NCBI GenBank assembly: GCA_038203565.1 | Contig: JBBRDV010000049.1 | Location: 1-10,311 of the forward strand | Direction of reading: 5' to 3' | Length of the DNA: 10,311 nucleotides | Source: Atribacterota bacterium | GTDB taxonomy: Bacteria; Atribacterota; Phoenicimicrobiia; Phoenicimicrobiales; Phoenicimicrobiaceae | Position numbers and translations under genes: made by a program | The notes under the pieces: generated by a model | Databases searched by the model: none | The model's input: the letters and a program-made list of their open reading frames with translations, nothing else | What the model was told of the DNA's origin: nothing | Part shown: in pieces, positions 1-8,461 of the stretch | Position numbering within the stretch: the first letter of the stretch is position 1 | Layout of the letters: the number at the start of each line of letters is the position of its first letter

Positions 1-5
1 TAAAT

Positions 6-47
6 AAAAAAGGCAATTGATAAACGCTATGCTCATCAATTGCCTTT
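6..47 (-). terminator. Rho-independent terminator of the lysine riboswitch leader
   Basis: 13-bp perfect stem aaaggcaattgat (9-21) / atcaattgccttt (35-47). On the minus strand it ends in a U-run (plus-strand A-run 6-11) and lies just 3' of the aptamer. Confidence 0.85.
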
Positions 48-89
48 AAATAATCTGACAATTAAATTTGCCCCCATTTTTCTCATTTG

Positions 90-274
90 ATGAGATAGCG
101 CTCCATCAGAAATCAGGGATAAATTTCTGATGACAGTCTTATGGCTTTTAACCATAAGCCCAGCATAAAGATTAGAGTTATTATCTTTGTACTTCGGCGA
201 GAACACCTTTCTTAATGAATCTTCAGGACTCACCCTATCATCAGTACTAATTGTTACTCGAGCCTCTACCTCAC
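90..274 (-). ncRNA. Lysine riboswitch (L-box) aptamer
   Basis: Minus strand reads GTGAGGTAGAGGCTCG...AGTA...GAAAGG...GCCGAA...TGGG...ACTGTC...GGAGCGCTATCTCAT, the L-box conserved blocks in order. P1 GTGAGGTAG/CTATCTCAT, P3 AAAGAT/ATCTTT, P4 CTTATGG/CCATAAG, P5 CATCAGAAAT/ATTTCTGATG, and a possible L2-L3 kissing pair GAGT/ACTC are all visible. Confidence 0.92.
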
Positions 275-312
275 TTATAAAACAGTGAGGCAATAAATAT
301 TAAGTTTTTAAT

Positions 313-341
313 AAAATAACATATATGTTTGGGAAAGTCAA
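313..341 (-). promoter_or_regulatory. sigma70-type promoter for the riboswitch leader
   Basis: TTGACT (341-336), 17-nt spacer, TATTTT (318-313) with an extended -10 TG; about 40 nt upstream of the aptamer. Confidence 0.65.
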
Positions 342-424
342 AAATATTTTTTAAATTATCGTTTTTACTTTTCGTTAATAAATATATAGCTGGAAAAATA
401 TTGAAAAAAAATTAAAATTTATGC

Positions 425-449
425 AGGAATTTTATATTTTTTGTAGAAT
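425..449 (+). promoter_or_regulatory. SigH-like promoter (AGGA-N17-GAAT)
   Basis: gcAGGAattttatattttttgtaGAATc fits the Bacillus/Clostridium SigH consensus; about 75 nt upstream of the DUF151 gene and in its orientation. Confidence 0.55.
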
Positions 450-524
450 CTAATATATAGAGAAAAAGAAAATCTTAAAATTAAAAGTAAAATATGTTAA
501 AATGTAAAAAAAAGAGGGATAAAA

Positions 525-1052
525 ATGATCAGGGTAATAATTTCTGGTGTAGCAATTGACCCGGTGACAAAAGGTTTTGTAGTAATTTTAAAAGATGAAA
601 CTGAAAAAAGGTGGCTTCCTATCTGGGTAGGGCATTATGAAGCGAAGATGATTTCTTTAGCTTTGGAAAAAGTAAAACCAATAAGACCTTTACCTCATGA
701 TTTAGTAAAAAATATTTTAGATTCCCTTGGCGTAGTGGTAACAAGAGTAGTAATTTGCAATATTAAGGATAATACTTATTTTGCTTCAATTAGATTAAAA
801 ATAAATCAAACGGAAAAAGAAATTGATGCCAGACCGAGTGACGCTATTGCTTTAGCCCTGAGGGCAAGTGCCCCTATTTACGTAACTGAAGAAGTATTAA
901 ATAAGGCTTCCACAGAGAAAATTACCTTAGAGAATGAAAAAGAAATAAAACTTACCGAGTTACAACAAAAGATGGAGAAAGCAATAGAGGTAGAAAATTA
1001 CGAGGAAGCTGCTAAATTACGGGATCAAATCAGGAGCTTAGAGAAAAAATAA
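525..1052 (+). CDS. Bifunctional nuclease family (DUF151) protein with C-terminal UVR (UvrB/C) motif
   Basis: Motifs LPIWVG-EA, RPLPHDL, YFASI and IDARPSDAIALALRASAPIYV; C-terminal KMEKAIEVENYEEAAKLRDQI is a UVR motif; RBS GAGGGA before the ATG. Confidence 0.9.
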   Translation: MIRVIISGVAIDPVTKGFVVILKDETEKRWLPIWVGHYEAKMISLALEKVKPIRPLPHDLVKNILDSLGVVVTRVVICNIKDNTYFASIRLKINQTEKEIDARPSDAIALALRASAPIYVTEEVLNKASTEKITLENEKEIKLTELQQKMEKAIEVENYEEAAKLRDQIRSLEKK

Positions 1053-1176
1053 TTTTTTCTTTCTTTTGTTTTCCCTGAAAAAAGATTAATCCTCTAAAAA
1101 TCAATGATGAAATAAAATATTAAGCTTAATAAAGACCGGAAACTTATTTTAAAAAAATTAGTAAAAAATATTAAAA

Positions 1177-2307
1177 ATGTTAGATAAAAGGGAGAAGCAA
1201 GATATGGAAAAAAATAAAAAATTTTATCGCGGTAGTTTAAAAGAACTGAAACCTTATGATCCTCACGAACTACCCTATAAGATAAAACTGAATGCCAATG
1301 AAAACCCTTATGGTTTGCCAGAAGAAATTATTGAAGAAATATTAAGAAAAGCTAAAAATTTAGAATATTCTCGGTACCCTAACGTAAATTCTGTGAAATT
1401 AAGTGGAATTATTTCTTCTTTCTGGGGTTTGAATGGAGATAATATAGTTATAGGAAACGGTTCTGATGAACTTATTGATTATTTAGTTAAAGCTTTCTCA
1501 GAAAAAGGGAAAAAGGTTATTACTACTGCACCCTCTTTTGCCATGTATAAAATTTATTCAATGATTAATGGATCTAATTTTGTACAGATTCCTTTAGATC
1601 AGAGCAATTTTAGTTTAAATGAGGATAAGGTTTTAGAAGAGGCAAAAAAAGAAGATTCTTCTATAGTTTTTATAGCCTATCCCAATGCCCCTACCGGAAA
1701 CTATTTTGCTGAGGATAAGATAATAAAAATAATTGAAGAATCAGGTTGTCTGGTAGTAGTGGACGAAGCTTACTATGAGTTTGGGGAAAAGACTTTTGTT
1801 CCCCTTATTTCTCGTTACGACAATTTAGTTATTCTTAGAACATTTTCCAAGGCTTACAGTTTAGCCAGTTTACGGGTGGGATATTTACTGTCTAATCCTG
1901 GAATCATCAATGAAGTGAGAAAAGTTAAGAGTCCTTTTAATGTCAATACTTTTTCCCAACTTGCGGCTCAGGTAGTTTTTGAAAATAAAGAAATTTTGAA
2001 AGATAGCATAGAGAAGATTATTAAAGAACGCGAAAGATTAACAGACGGAATAAATAAACTCCCACCCTTCAAAGCTCATCCTTCACAGACCAACTTTGTT
2101 TTAGTTGAGGTGGGTTCTAAAGAAAATTCAGATTTAGTTTATGAAAATTTATTAAAACAAGGAATTTTAGTTCAAACAGTTCTTAATCCGATTTTCTCGA
2201 CCTCCAGATATTTTTTGCGTATAACTATAGGAAATAAAGAAGAGAATGATATTTTGATTAAAAGTTTAGAAAATGTGTCAAAGAACCGTCTCTTGACACA
2301 TTATTAA
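1177..2307 (+). CDS. hisC: Histidinol-phosphate aminotransferase (PLP-dependent class I/II); start may be the ATG at 1204
   Basis: Motifs [33 protein letters not shown] and [16 protein letters not shown] (PLP lysine). AAGGGAG precedes ATG 1204. Confidence 0.85.
   Translation: MLDKREKQDMEKNKKFYRGSLKELKPYDPHELPYKIKLNANENPYGLPEEIIEEILRKAKNLEYSRYPNVNSVKLSGIISSFWGLNGDNIVIGNGSDELIDYLVKAFSEKGKKVITTAPSFAMYKIYSMINGSNFVQIPLDQSNFSLNEDKVLEEAKKEDSSIVFIAYPNAPTGNYFAEDKIIKIIEESGCLVVVDEAYYEFGEKTFVPLISRYDNLVILRTFSKAYSLASLRVGYLLSNPGIINEVRKVKSPFNVNTFSQLAAQVVFENKEILKDSIEKIIKERERLTDGINKLPPFKAHPSQTNFVLVEVGSKENSDLVYENLLKQGILVQTVLNPIFSTSRYFLRITIGNKEENDILIKSLENVSKNRLLTHY
2272..2302. repeat. REP-like inverted repeat in the last codons of hisC
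   Basis: aatgtgtcaa (2272-2281) / ttgacacatt (2293-2302), 10-bp arms around agaaccgtctc. Confidence 0.55.
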
Positions 2308-2320
2308 AGGAGTGATAGAG

Positions 2321-4912
2321 ATGATGAAATTTGATAAATTTACTATCAAAGCTCAGGAAGCAATTGGTGAAGCACAACAAATTGCTTCCAGCTATAACCA
2401 TCAAGAGATAAAAAGTGAACATCTTTTATTAGCATTAATTAATCAAAAAGACGGAGTTGTGCCTTCGATATTGCAGAAATTAGAAGTTAGTTCTGAAGAA
2501 CTTAAAGTAAAATTAGAAAGAGTATTAGAAAAAATTCCTCAAGTTTATGGAGGTAGTAGAGGGCAACAATATATCGGAAATGAACTTAACGATATATTAA
2601 ATACGGCTCAACAGGAAGCTCAAAAAGTAAAAGATGAATATGTTAGTACGGAACATTTATTTATTGCTTTGGTTGAAGCAGAAGGAACCAGGGTTAGTGG
2701 TTTATTAAAAGAAGAAGGGATTAACAAAGATAAAATTTATCAGGCCTTGATAAATATTCGAGGGAGCCAAAGAGTGACTGATCAAAACCCGGAAGAGAAA
2801 TATCAGGCTTTAGAACGTTATTCTCGTGATTTAACAGAGTTAGCCAGAAGAGGAAAACTCGATCCGGTAATTGGGCGGGACGAAGAGATAAGAAAAGTTA
2901 TGCAAATTCTCTCCCGTCGTACCAAGAATAATCCTATGCTAATAGGTGAACCCGGAGTAGGGAAAACTGCCATTGCTGAAGGTCTATCTCAAAGAATTGT
3001 ACGGGGAGATGTTCCGGAAGGATTAAAGGAAAAGAGAATAATAGTCTTGGATATAAGTTCTATGGTAGCAGGTGCAAAATATAGAGGGGAATTTGAAGAT
3101 CGTCTAAAAGCAGTTTTAAAGGAGGTTCAGGAATCTGAAGGTGGAATAATTGTTTTTATAGATGAGATTCATACTTTAGTAGGAGCGGGAGCAGCCGAAG
3201 GTGCCATAGATGCTTCCAATATGTTAAAACCAGCTTTAGCTCGGGGAGAATTACACTGTATTGGGGCGACTACTTTAAGAGAATACAAAAAATATATCGA
3301 AAAAGATGCAGCTTTAGAGCGGCGTTTTCAGCCTGTTCTCATTAAAGAACCCTCAGTAGAAGATACTATTGCTATTTTAAGAGGTTTAAAAGAAAGATAC
3401 GAAGTGTATCATGGAGTAAAAATTAAAGATTCGGCGTTAATTGCAGCAGCTATCTTATCTGATCGTTACATTTCAGATAGATTTTTACCTGACAAAGCTA
3501 TCGATTTAGTTGATGAGTCAGCTGCCAGCCTAAGAATAGAGATTGATAGTATGCCTATCGAAATAGATGAAGTGGAGAGAAAAATTATTCAATTAGAGGT
3601 AGAAAAACAAGCTTTAAAAAAAGAGAAAGATGCCAGCTCTCAAGAACGTTTAAAAAAGATAGAGCGGGAACTAAGTTCCCTTAAAGAAAAAAGGGATAGC
3701 ATGAAATTGCATTGGAATAATGAAAAAGAATATATTCAAAAAATTCATGAAATAAAAAGTAATATTGAAAAATCTAAATTAGAAGCCGAAAAAACAGAGA
3801 GAGAAGGGAATCTTAATCGAGTAGCCGAGTTAAGGTATGGAGTATTACCTCAACTTCAAAAAAAATTGGAGGAAGAAAATAAAAAGTTAGCTTCTTTGCA
3901 AAAAGAGACCAAGATGCTTAAAGAAGAAGTGGATGAAGAGGATATTTCAGAGGTTGTCTCTAAATGGACTGGTATCCCTGTTGGCCGACTTATGGAAGGC
4001 GAAGCGAATAAATTAGTCAGGATGGAAGAAGAGCTTACAAAAAGAGTAGTTGGACAAGATGAGGCGATTAGATTAATTTCTAATGCTATCAGAAGATCTC
4101 GAGTGGGGATAGCCGACCCCAATAGACCGGTAGGGTCATTTATTTTTATGGGACCCACAGGAGTAGGGAAAACCGAGCTTGCTCGAAGTTTGGCTGCTTT
4201 TTTATTTAATGATGAAAACACCTTGGTGCGTATTGATATGTCTGAATATATGGAGAGACACAGTGTGGCCCGGTTAATCGGAGCCCCGCCAGGCTATGTA
4301 GGATATGAAGAAGGTGGTCAACTCACTGAAATTGTTAGACGCAAACCTTATTCAGTTATTCTCTTTGATGAAATTGAGAAGGCTCATCCCGATGTTTTTA
4401 ATGTTTTGTTACAGATTTTAGATGACGGCCGCCTAACTGACGGGCAGGGCAGGGTAGTAAATTTTAAAAATTCTATTTTGATTATGACTTCGAATATTGG
4501 AAGTCAGTGGATTTACGAAATGAATGAGGAGAATAGAGAATCTGTCATGCAGAAAGTAAACGATTCTCTTCGTGAGCACTTTAAGCCAGAATTTTTAAAT
4601 AGAATTGATGAGATAATTATCTTTAACAATTTAGATAAAGAACAGATTATTAAAATTGTGGATATTCAGTTGAATATTCTAAAGGAGAGATTGCAGGGCA
4701 AGAAGATTGGTTTGAAAGTGACTGCAAAAGCAAAGGAATTTTTAGCTGAAAAAGGGTATGACCCCCATTATGGTGCTCGACCTTTAAAGAGAACTATTCA
4801 AAGATACATTCAAGACCCCTTGGCTTCGCAGATTTTGGAGGGAGTTTTTAAAGAGGGGGATAAATTAGAAGTTGATTTGGATGAAAAAAATGAAAAGATA
4901 ATTTTTAAATAG
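2321..4912 (+). CDS. clpB: ATP-dependent chaperone/disaggregase ClpB
   Basis: Clp N-domain, NBD1 ([14 protein letters not shown]), a long coiled-coil middle domain with AELRYG, and NBD2 ([35 protein letters not shown]). RBS AAGGAGTGA (2307-2315) favours ATG 2321 or 2324 over GTG 2312. Confidence 0.96.
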   Translation: MMKFDKFTIKAQEAIGEAQQIASSYNHQEIKSEHLLLALINQKDGVVPSILQKLEVSSEELKVKLERVLEKIPQVYGGSRGQQYIGNELNDILNTAQQEAQKVKDEYVSTEHLFIALVEAEGTRVSGLLKEEGINKDKIYQALINIRGSQRVTDQNPEEKYQALERYSRDLTELARRGKLDPVIGRDEEIRKVMQILSRRTKNNPMLIGEPGVGKTAIAEGLSQRIVRGDVPEGLKEKRIIVLDISSMVAGAKYRGEFEDRLKAVLKEVQESEGGIIVFIDEIHTLVGAGAAEGAIDASNMLKPALARGELHCIGATTLREYKKYIEKDAALERRFQPVLIKEPSVEDTIAILRGLKERYEVYHGVKIKDSALIAAAILSDRYISDRFLPDKAIDLVDESAASLRIEIDSMPIEIDEVERKIIQLEVEKQALKKEKDASSQERLKKIERELSSLKEKRDSMKLHWNNEKEYIQKIHEIKSNIEKSKLEAEKTEREGNLNRVAELRYGVLPQLQKKLEEENKKLASLQKETKMLKEEVDEEDISEVVSKWTGIPVGRLMEGEANKLVRMEEELTKRVVGQDEAIRLISNAIRRSRVGIADPNRPVGSFIFMGPTGVGKTELARSLAAFLFNDENTLVRIDMSEYMERHSVARLIGAPPGYVGYEEGGQLTEIVRRKPYSVILFDEIEKAHPDVFNVLLQILDDGRLTDGQGRVVNFKNSILIMTSNIGSQWIYEMNEENRESVMQKVNDSLREHFKPEFLNRIDEIIIFNNLDKEQIIKIVDIQLNILKERLQGKKIGLKVTAKAKEFLAEKGYDPHYGARPLKRTIQRYIQDPLASQILEGVFKEGDKLEVDLDEKNEKIIFK

Positions 4913-5026
4913 CTTTCCACATAAAACCAAAGGTTCTTTCAGTATGGAATATAAGCAAATTTATTTTAAAATTATGGCAAAATAATCTTTTGAAAAATTT
5001 AGTCTAAAAATACATTTTTTATCTTC

Positions 5027-6061
5027 TCAAGGAATATCAATATAATTAACATCTATATTAGAAACGCCACAATCAATCTCTATCATTGTTTTAAATTCTG
5101 AGTAATCATAATTATTAGAAATATATGTACTATCTTTTTTAATGAAGTCGTCAACGTCAAGGTCTTTTACAGCAATTCCTGAAGCAATATTCACTGTTGC
5201 TCCTACATTTTTAGGTATAGCAATATCAATATTAGATACTCCGGAATCTATAATAATTTTAGAATCATATTGAGGTATAATTAAGTTAATATTGCTTGCT
5301 CCACTTTCAATATATAGTTTTTCTATTTTAAAACCTGATAAGTTACAATCTGTATCAATAGCGCCTGTTTTAATAGATAAATCATATATTATTTTATTAT
5401 TTAATTTTAACTGCCAGTCATTTTTAATATTATTAGAAATTCTTTTTTTGGTTATCGGCGAATGGTAGATAAGTATGTCAGCCTCTTTTTCTGTAAGGGA
5501 GAATTTTTCAAAAGGTTCAAATTCTTTATATTGATATTGAGAAATGCATTCATAAAGTAGCGGGGTAGATTCGCCCAGGGTAAGTTTCCCTACATCAAGA
5601 TTTAATGCAATTGAAGCTCTTTCGATTTCAGGATACCCCTTTGTTTCTAATGCCACTTCAGTTTCAAGAGTTATTTCGGTATCCGGAGGTGTTCCGATTT
5701 CTGGGGTTATTTCAGTTTCTAAAGCCACTTCAGTTTCAGGAACTTTTTCAACTTCTATAACTATTTCGCGGCTTAGAGTTTTTATTTCCCTCACTATTTC
5801 TCCTTCAAAACTAATTCCCATATAACTTGCTCCCACTCCCGCAATAATTCCCAGGAATATAATTAGGGGTCCCATAAAGGCAAGACCCTTTCCTCTAAAG
5901 ATTAAAGATATACCTACACTTATTACGAGTAGAGGCCAGAGTTTGAATAAATTTAACCATACAGACCAATCTAATATTCCCAAAGTATTTGCCAAGAGGA
6001 TTGTTCCTATAAGTAAAAAAGTTAATCCTTCCATTAGTTTATTTACTTTCATTTTTTCCAC
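5027..6061 (-). CDS. Membrane protein with N-terminal DUF5668/LiaF-like TM domain and C-terminal beta-repeat (DUF2154/toast-rack-like) domain
   Basis: N-terminal hydrophobic helices with GTILLANTLGILDWSVWLNLFKLWPLLVISVGISLIF; C-terminal repeats of the type IESGASNINLIIP, IDSGVSNIDIAIP, IDCGVSNIDV. Start may be a downstream ATG. Confidence 0.75.
   Translation of the reverse strand: MEKMKVNKLMEGLTFLLIGTILLANTLGILDWSVWLNLFKLWPLLVISVGISLIFRGKGLAFMGPLIIFLGIIAGVGASYMGISFEGEIVREIKTLSREIVIEVEKVPETEVALETEITPEIGTPPDTEITLETEVALETKGYPEIERASIALNLDVGKLTLGESTPLLYECISQYQYKEFEPFEKFSLTEKEADILIYHSPITKKRISNNIKNDWQLKLNNKIIYDLSIKTGAIDTDCNLSGFKIEKLYIESGASNINLIIPQYDSKIIIDSGVSNIDIAIPKNVGATVNIASGIAVKDLDVDDFIKKDSTYISNNYDYSEFKTMIEIDCGVSNIDVNYIDIP
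5643..5750 (-). repeat. About six degenerate in-frame 18-bp repeats encoding an acidic hexapeptide linker
   Basis: Plus-strand units gtttctaatgccacttca, gtttcaagagttatttcg, gtatccggaggtgttccg, atttctggggttatttca, gtttctaaagccacttca, gtttcaggaactttttca; protein ETEVAL-ETEITP-EIGTPP-DTEITL-ETEVAL. Confidence 0.75.
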
Positions 6062-6077
6062 CTCGATTTTATTTTAA

Positions 6078-6197
6078 TAGTCGTTATCATTAGTTAGCTA
6101 GTTAGTTGGTTATCTCGTCACCTTGTTAGTATAGGATTTAGTATTAAACTAGTTAACCAAGTAACCAACTAACTCAATACGAGATACGAGACACGAT
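6078..6197. repeat. Intergenic cluster of short tandem 7/8-mers with an inverted repeat
   Basis: agttagttggtta (6100-6112) is the reverse complement of taaccaactaact (6162-6174); heptamers caatacg-agatacg-agacacg at 6175-6195. Confidence 0.7.
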
Positions 6198-6198
6198 C

Positions 6199-7308
6199 TT
6201 ATTCTTTTTTAGTAAGACTAGACCAGGAGTTAGCAATTAAAAGGTTAATTAATCTTTCTTGGTCAGATAAATATTCGGGGTTTAGAGTTAAGGCAATTTC
6301 TCCTTCTCTTACAGCATTTTCGTAATCTTGGCTACGGTAATAAGATAAGCCTAATTTATAATGTGCCTCTGAGAGGATATAATTTGAATCTGCTAACTGA
6401 AGAGCCAGTTCATAGTTTTGATAAGCCCTTTGGAGTTCTCCCGCGTTATAATGCATATCGCCTATTTCAATAAAGGCTTGGGCAAAATTATCAAAAGTAA
6501 AATCTTCGATGTATAATGGGTAAAATTTTTGGGATAATACCTTTTCCATGATGGCCTGTTCGTATTCTTTGCCTTTTAGATTAATAAGTCCTAATCGGTA
6601 ATATGCTATAGCTATTGACCGTTTATCCTCGCTAAATTGTGTCGCTTTAGTATAAGCAAATACAGCTTGTTCAATATTTCCCACACTACTATAGTAATCA
6701 CCCAAATTTAAATAACCAGCAGCACTTTCCTGGTAAGCTAAAAAATTGTCCAGGATATAAGGACTGGGTTTAAGCTTACCCAATTTTATATATGTCTCTG
6801 TTGCTTGAATAAATTGGTCATTGTCCTGGTAGAGTTGAGCTAATTCGGAAATAAGCTTGTCATTTTGAGGAATAAGTTCAACAACTTTTTCGTATTCTTT
6901 GATTGCCAAATCATACTCGAGCGCATCTTTATATATCATTCCCTTTACCAAATAGGCAAAAGCATTATTAGGGTCCTCGATAATAATCAGAGATAGATTG
7001 GTAAGAGCTGATTCTCTTTCTCCTATTTTATATAAAGTATAACTATGATTTATCCTGGCCAATATATTTGTTTGATCTAAGCCCAAAGCTTTTTCGTATT
7101 CTTTTTCCGCGGGTTCATATAGACCTAACGAATAATAAAAGTTTCCCATATTGATGAAAGCGAAGATATCAGGTTTCATGGTTTTTCCTTCTATAATTTC
7201 CTGTAATAACTTTTCTGTTTCACTGTTGGCAAAGACAGTGGTAGTAAAAAGGGCTAATAAAATGATTAAAAAGATTATAAAACTTAGTTTTAAATTTTTT
7301 CTATACAT
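6199..7308 (-). CDS. Tetratricopeptide repeat protein with N-terminal signal peptide or membrane anchor
   Basis: Basic then hydrophobic N-terminus ending VFA-NSE; several TPR-pattern repeats (e.g. AFAYLVKGMIYKDALEYDLAIKEYEKVVELIP, AHYKLGLSYYRSQDYENAVREGEIALTLNP). Confidence 0.88.
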   Translation of the reverse strand: MYRKNLKLSFIIFLIILLALFTTTVFANSETEKLLQEIIEGKTMKPDIFAFINMGNFYYSLGLYEPAEKEYEKALGLDQTNILARINHSYTLYKIGERESALTNLSLIIIEDPNNAFAYLVKGMIYKDALEYDLAIKEYEKVVELIPQNDKLISELAQLYQDNDQFIQATETYIKLGKLKPSPYILDNFLAYQESAAGYLNLGDYYSSVGNIEQAVFAYTKATQFSEDKRSIAIAYYRLGLINLKGKEYEQAIMEKVLSQKFYPLYIEDFTFDNFAQAFIEIGDMHYNAGELQRAYQNYELALQLADSNYILSEAHYKLGLSYYRSQDYENAVREGEIALTLNPEYLSDQERLINLLIANSWSSLTKKE

Positions 7309-7402
7309 ATCTGCTATCCTTTCTTTTCTTTTTTAGTATTTTATAATTTTACGGATAAAATCGAAGAAATTTATTAAAAGAATTTATGCCTAATATTTAT
7401 AT

Positions 7403-7427
7403 ATTCAACATTATTTTCAAAAATCCT
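7403..7427 (-). promoter_or_regulatory. SigH-like promoter upstream of the TPR gene
   Basis: Minus strand agAGGAtttttgaaaataatgttGAATa, 17-nt spacer. Confidence 0.55.
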
Positions 7428-7460
7428 CTTTTTTAATTAAATATTTTTTAATTTATTTTT

Positions 7461-7469
7461 ATTATATCA
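7461..7469 (-). promoter_or_regulatory. Extended -10 element (TGnTATAAT) upstream of the TPR gene
   Basis: Minus strand TGATATAAT; the AT-rich context lowers specificity. Confidence 0.4.
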
Positions 7470-7609
7470 CTTCTGAACAGAATTCTTTTAATTTTTCAAC
7501 GAAAACTTTTAAGTAATTTTCACTTTTATAACCATAAAATCTTTCACCTTTTTAAATCTTTAATTTTTAGTTAAAGAATTAAAGAGCTTTTTTATTTTAT
7601 ATTATATAT

Positions 7610-7634
7610 ATTCTATATTTTTAAAGCAATTCCT
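7610..7634 (-). promoter_or_regulatory. Second, distal SigH-like motif
   Basis: Minus strand agAGGAattgctttaaaaatataGAATa, 17-nt spacer. Confidence 0.4.
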
Positions 7635-7728
7635 CTTTTTTAGTAAAGTATTTTGCAAATTTGCCAGTTACCCAATTAAATTAGTCGTTAGTAAATAGTA
7701 TTTAATGAGAAAAAACAAAAAAGAAAAT

Positions 7729-7763
7729 AGTTGCAAGATGCAAGTTGCGAGTTACAAGATACG
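7729..7763 (+). repeat. Five tandem degenerate heptamers, consensus AGWTRCR
   Basis: agttgca agatgca agttgcg agttaca agatacg. Confidence 0.7.
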
Positions 7764-7791
7764 AATCTTATTTAAAGAGAGATGGCAACCG

Positions 7792-8132
7792 ATGAAGATT
7801 ACCCAAGACATAAATCGTTTAGTGGGAGCAAAGCCAGGAATTAATCTTCCCATAGAAAATAACAATAAGAAATTATAAAAAAGACTTTTTATTCTGCAAA
7901 AGAGGTTAGAGGAAGGAAAATAAACGAAACATTACTGGAAACTTTAAAAGCTTTTTTTGATAATAATTTAAGTATTTTAAAAACCGCTCAAACTATCTAT
8001 ATACACCGAAATACTTTACTTTATAGATTAAGAAGAGTTAAGGAAATAACCGGTTTAGACCCCAAAAAGTTTGATGATGCAGTTCAATTAAGAATGGCTT
8101 TAAAAATGAGGGCATATCAAGATAAAAGTTAA
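7792..8132 (+). pseudogene. CdaR-family (sugar diacid recognition plus PucR-type HTH) regulator remnant with internal deletions
   Basis: 7792-7878 encodes MKITQDINRLVGAKPGINLPIE... (KPGINLPI is typical of the CdaR sugar-diacid recognition domain) and then stops. A different frame, 7869-8132, encodes ...LLETLKAFFDNNLSILKTAQTIYIHRNTLLYRLRRVKEITGLDPKKFDDAVQLRMAL, a PucR C-terminal HTH with no standard start codon ahead of it. Confidence 0.8.
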
Positions 8133-8164
8133 CCAAAAGTGCCAGGCACCTTTGGTTAACTTTT
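8124..8164. terminator. Long hairpin, probable bidirectional terminator or REP-like element after the cdaR remnant
   Basis: aaaagttaaccaaa-a-gtgcc-a-ggcac-c-tttggttaactttt; 14-bp outer arms and an inner GTGCC/GGCAC stem. Confidence 0.6.
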
Positions 8165-8360
8165 CTTATTCCCTCCACCTGGTTCTTTTGGCAGTCCGGA
8201 CATTCTGCTAATCCCCGTTAACACTCAGATTTCTTTCTTCCCAGGAAAGGTCGGAATTATGATAGGTAATACCCTTCTCCAAAAGAGAAAGCAGAGGTTA
8301 TGCCAATGAGGGAGATATTGATAAAAGTTATTTTGAAAAATAATCACTAAGTTTTTTACG

Positions 8361-8397
8361 AAAATAAGAGAGGGTTTTAAATACCCTCTCTTATTTT
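8361..8397. terminator. Bidirectional Rho-independent terminator downstream of the small peptide gene
   Basis: 15-bp perfect stem aaaataagagagggt / accctctcttatttt with a 7-nt loop. Confidence 0.75.
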
Positions 8398-8461
8398 GTT
8401 AAGGTTATTATTTGATAAGTTCTACATTCTGTATCAGAGCAAAAGATGACAATTAAGAAAC

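Noticed and set aside
36..293. 85-aa minus-strand ORF from the track
   Set aside because: Coincides with the lysine riboswitch and terminator; no RBS or recognisable protein features.
2293..2321. TTGACA as a -35 element for a clpB promoter, or a CtsR/CIRCE site
   Set aside because: The matching -10 would overlap the start codon, and neither the CtsR heptad direct repeat nor the CIRCE sequence is present.
3856..4221. 121-aa minus-strand ORF
   Set aside because: Antisense shadow of the clpB NBD2 region.
6078..6197. CRISPR array or tRNA in the repeat-rich spacer
   Set aside because: Units are 7-8 nt without unique spacers; no cloverleaf and no cas genes.
7151..7336. 61-aa plus-strand ORF
   Set aside because: Antisense shadow of the TPR gene 5' end.
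7705..7791. In-frame upstream extension of the cdaR fragment from ATG 7705
   Set aside because: Runs through an A-tract and the heptamer repeats and has no RBS; probably fortuitous.
8228..8350. Plus-strand fragment FFPGKVGIMIG...KAEVMPMREIL resembling an acyltransferase C-terminus
   Set aside because: Needs a frameshift and the similarity is too weak to support.
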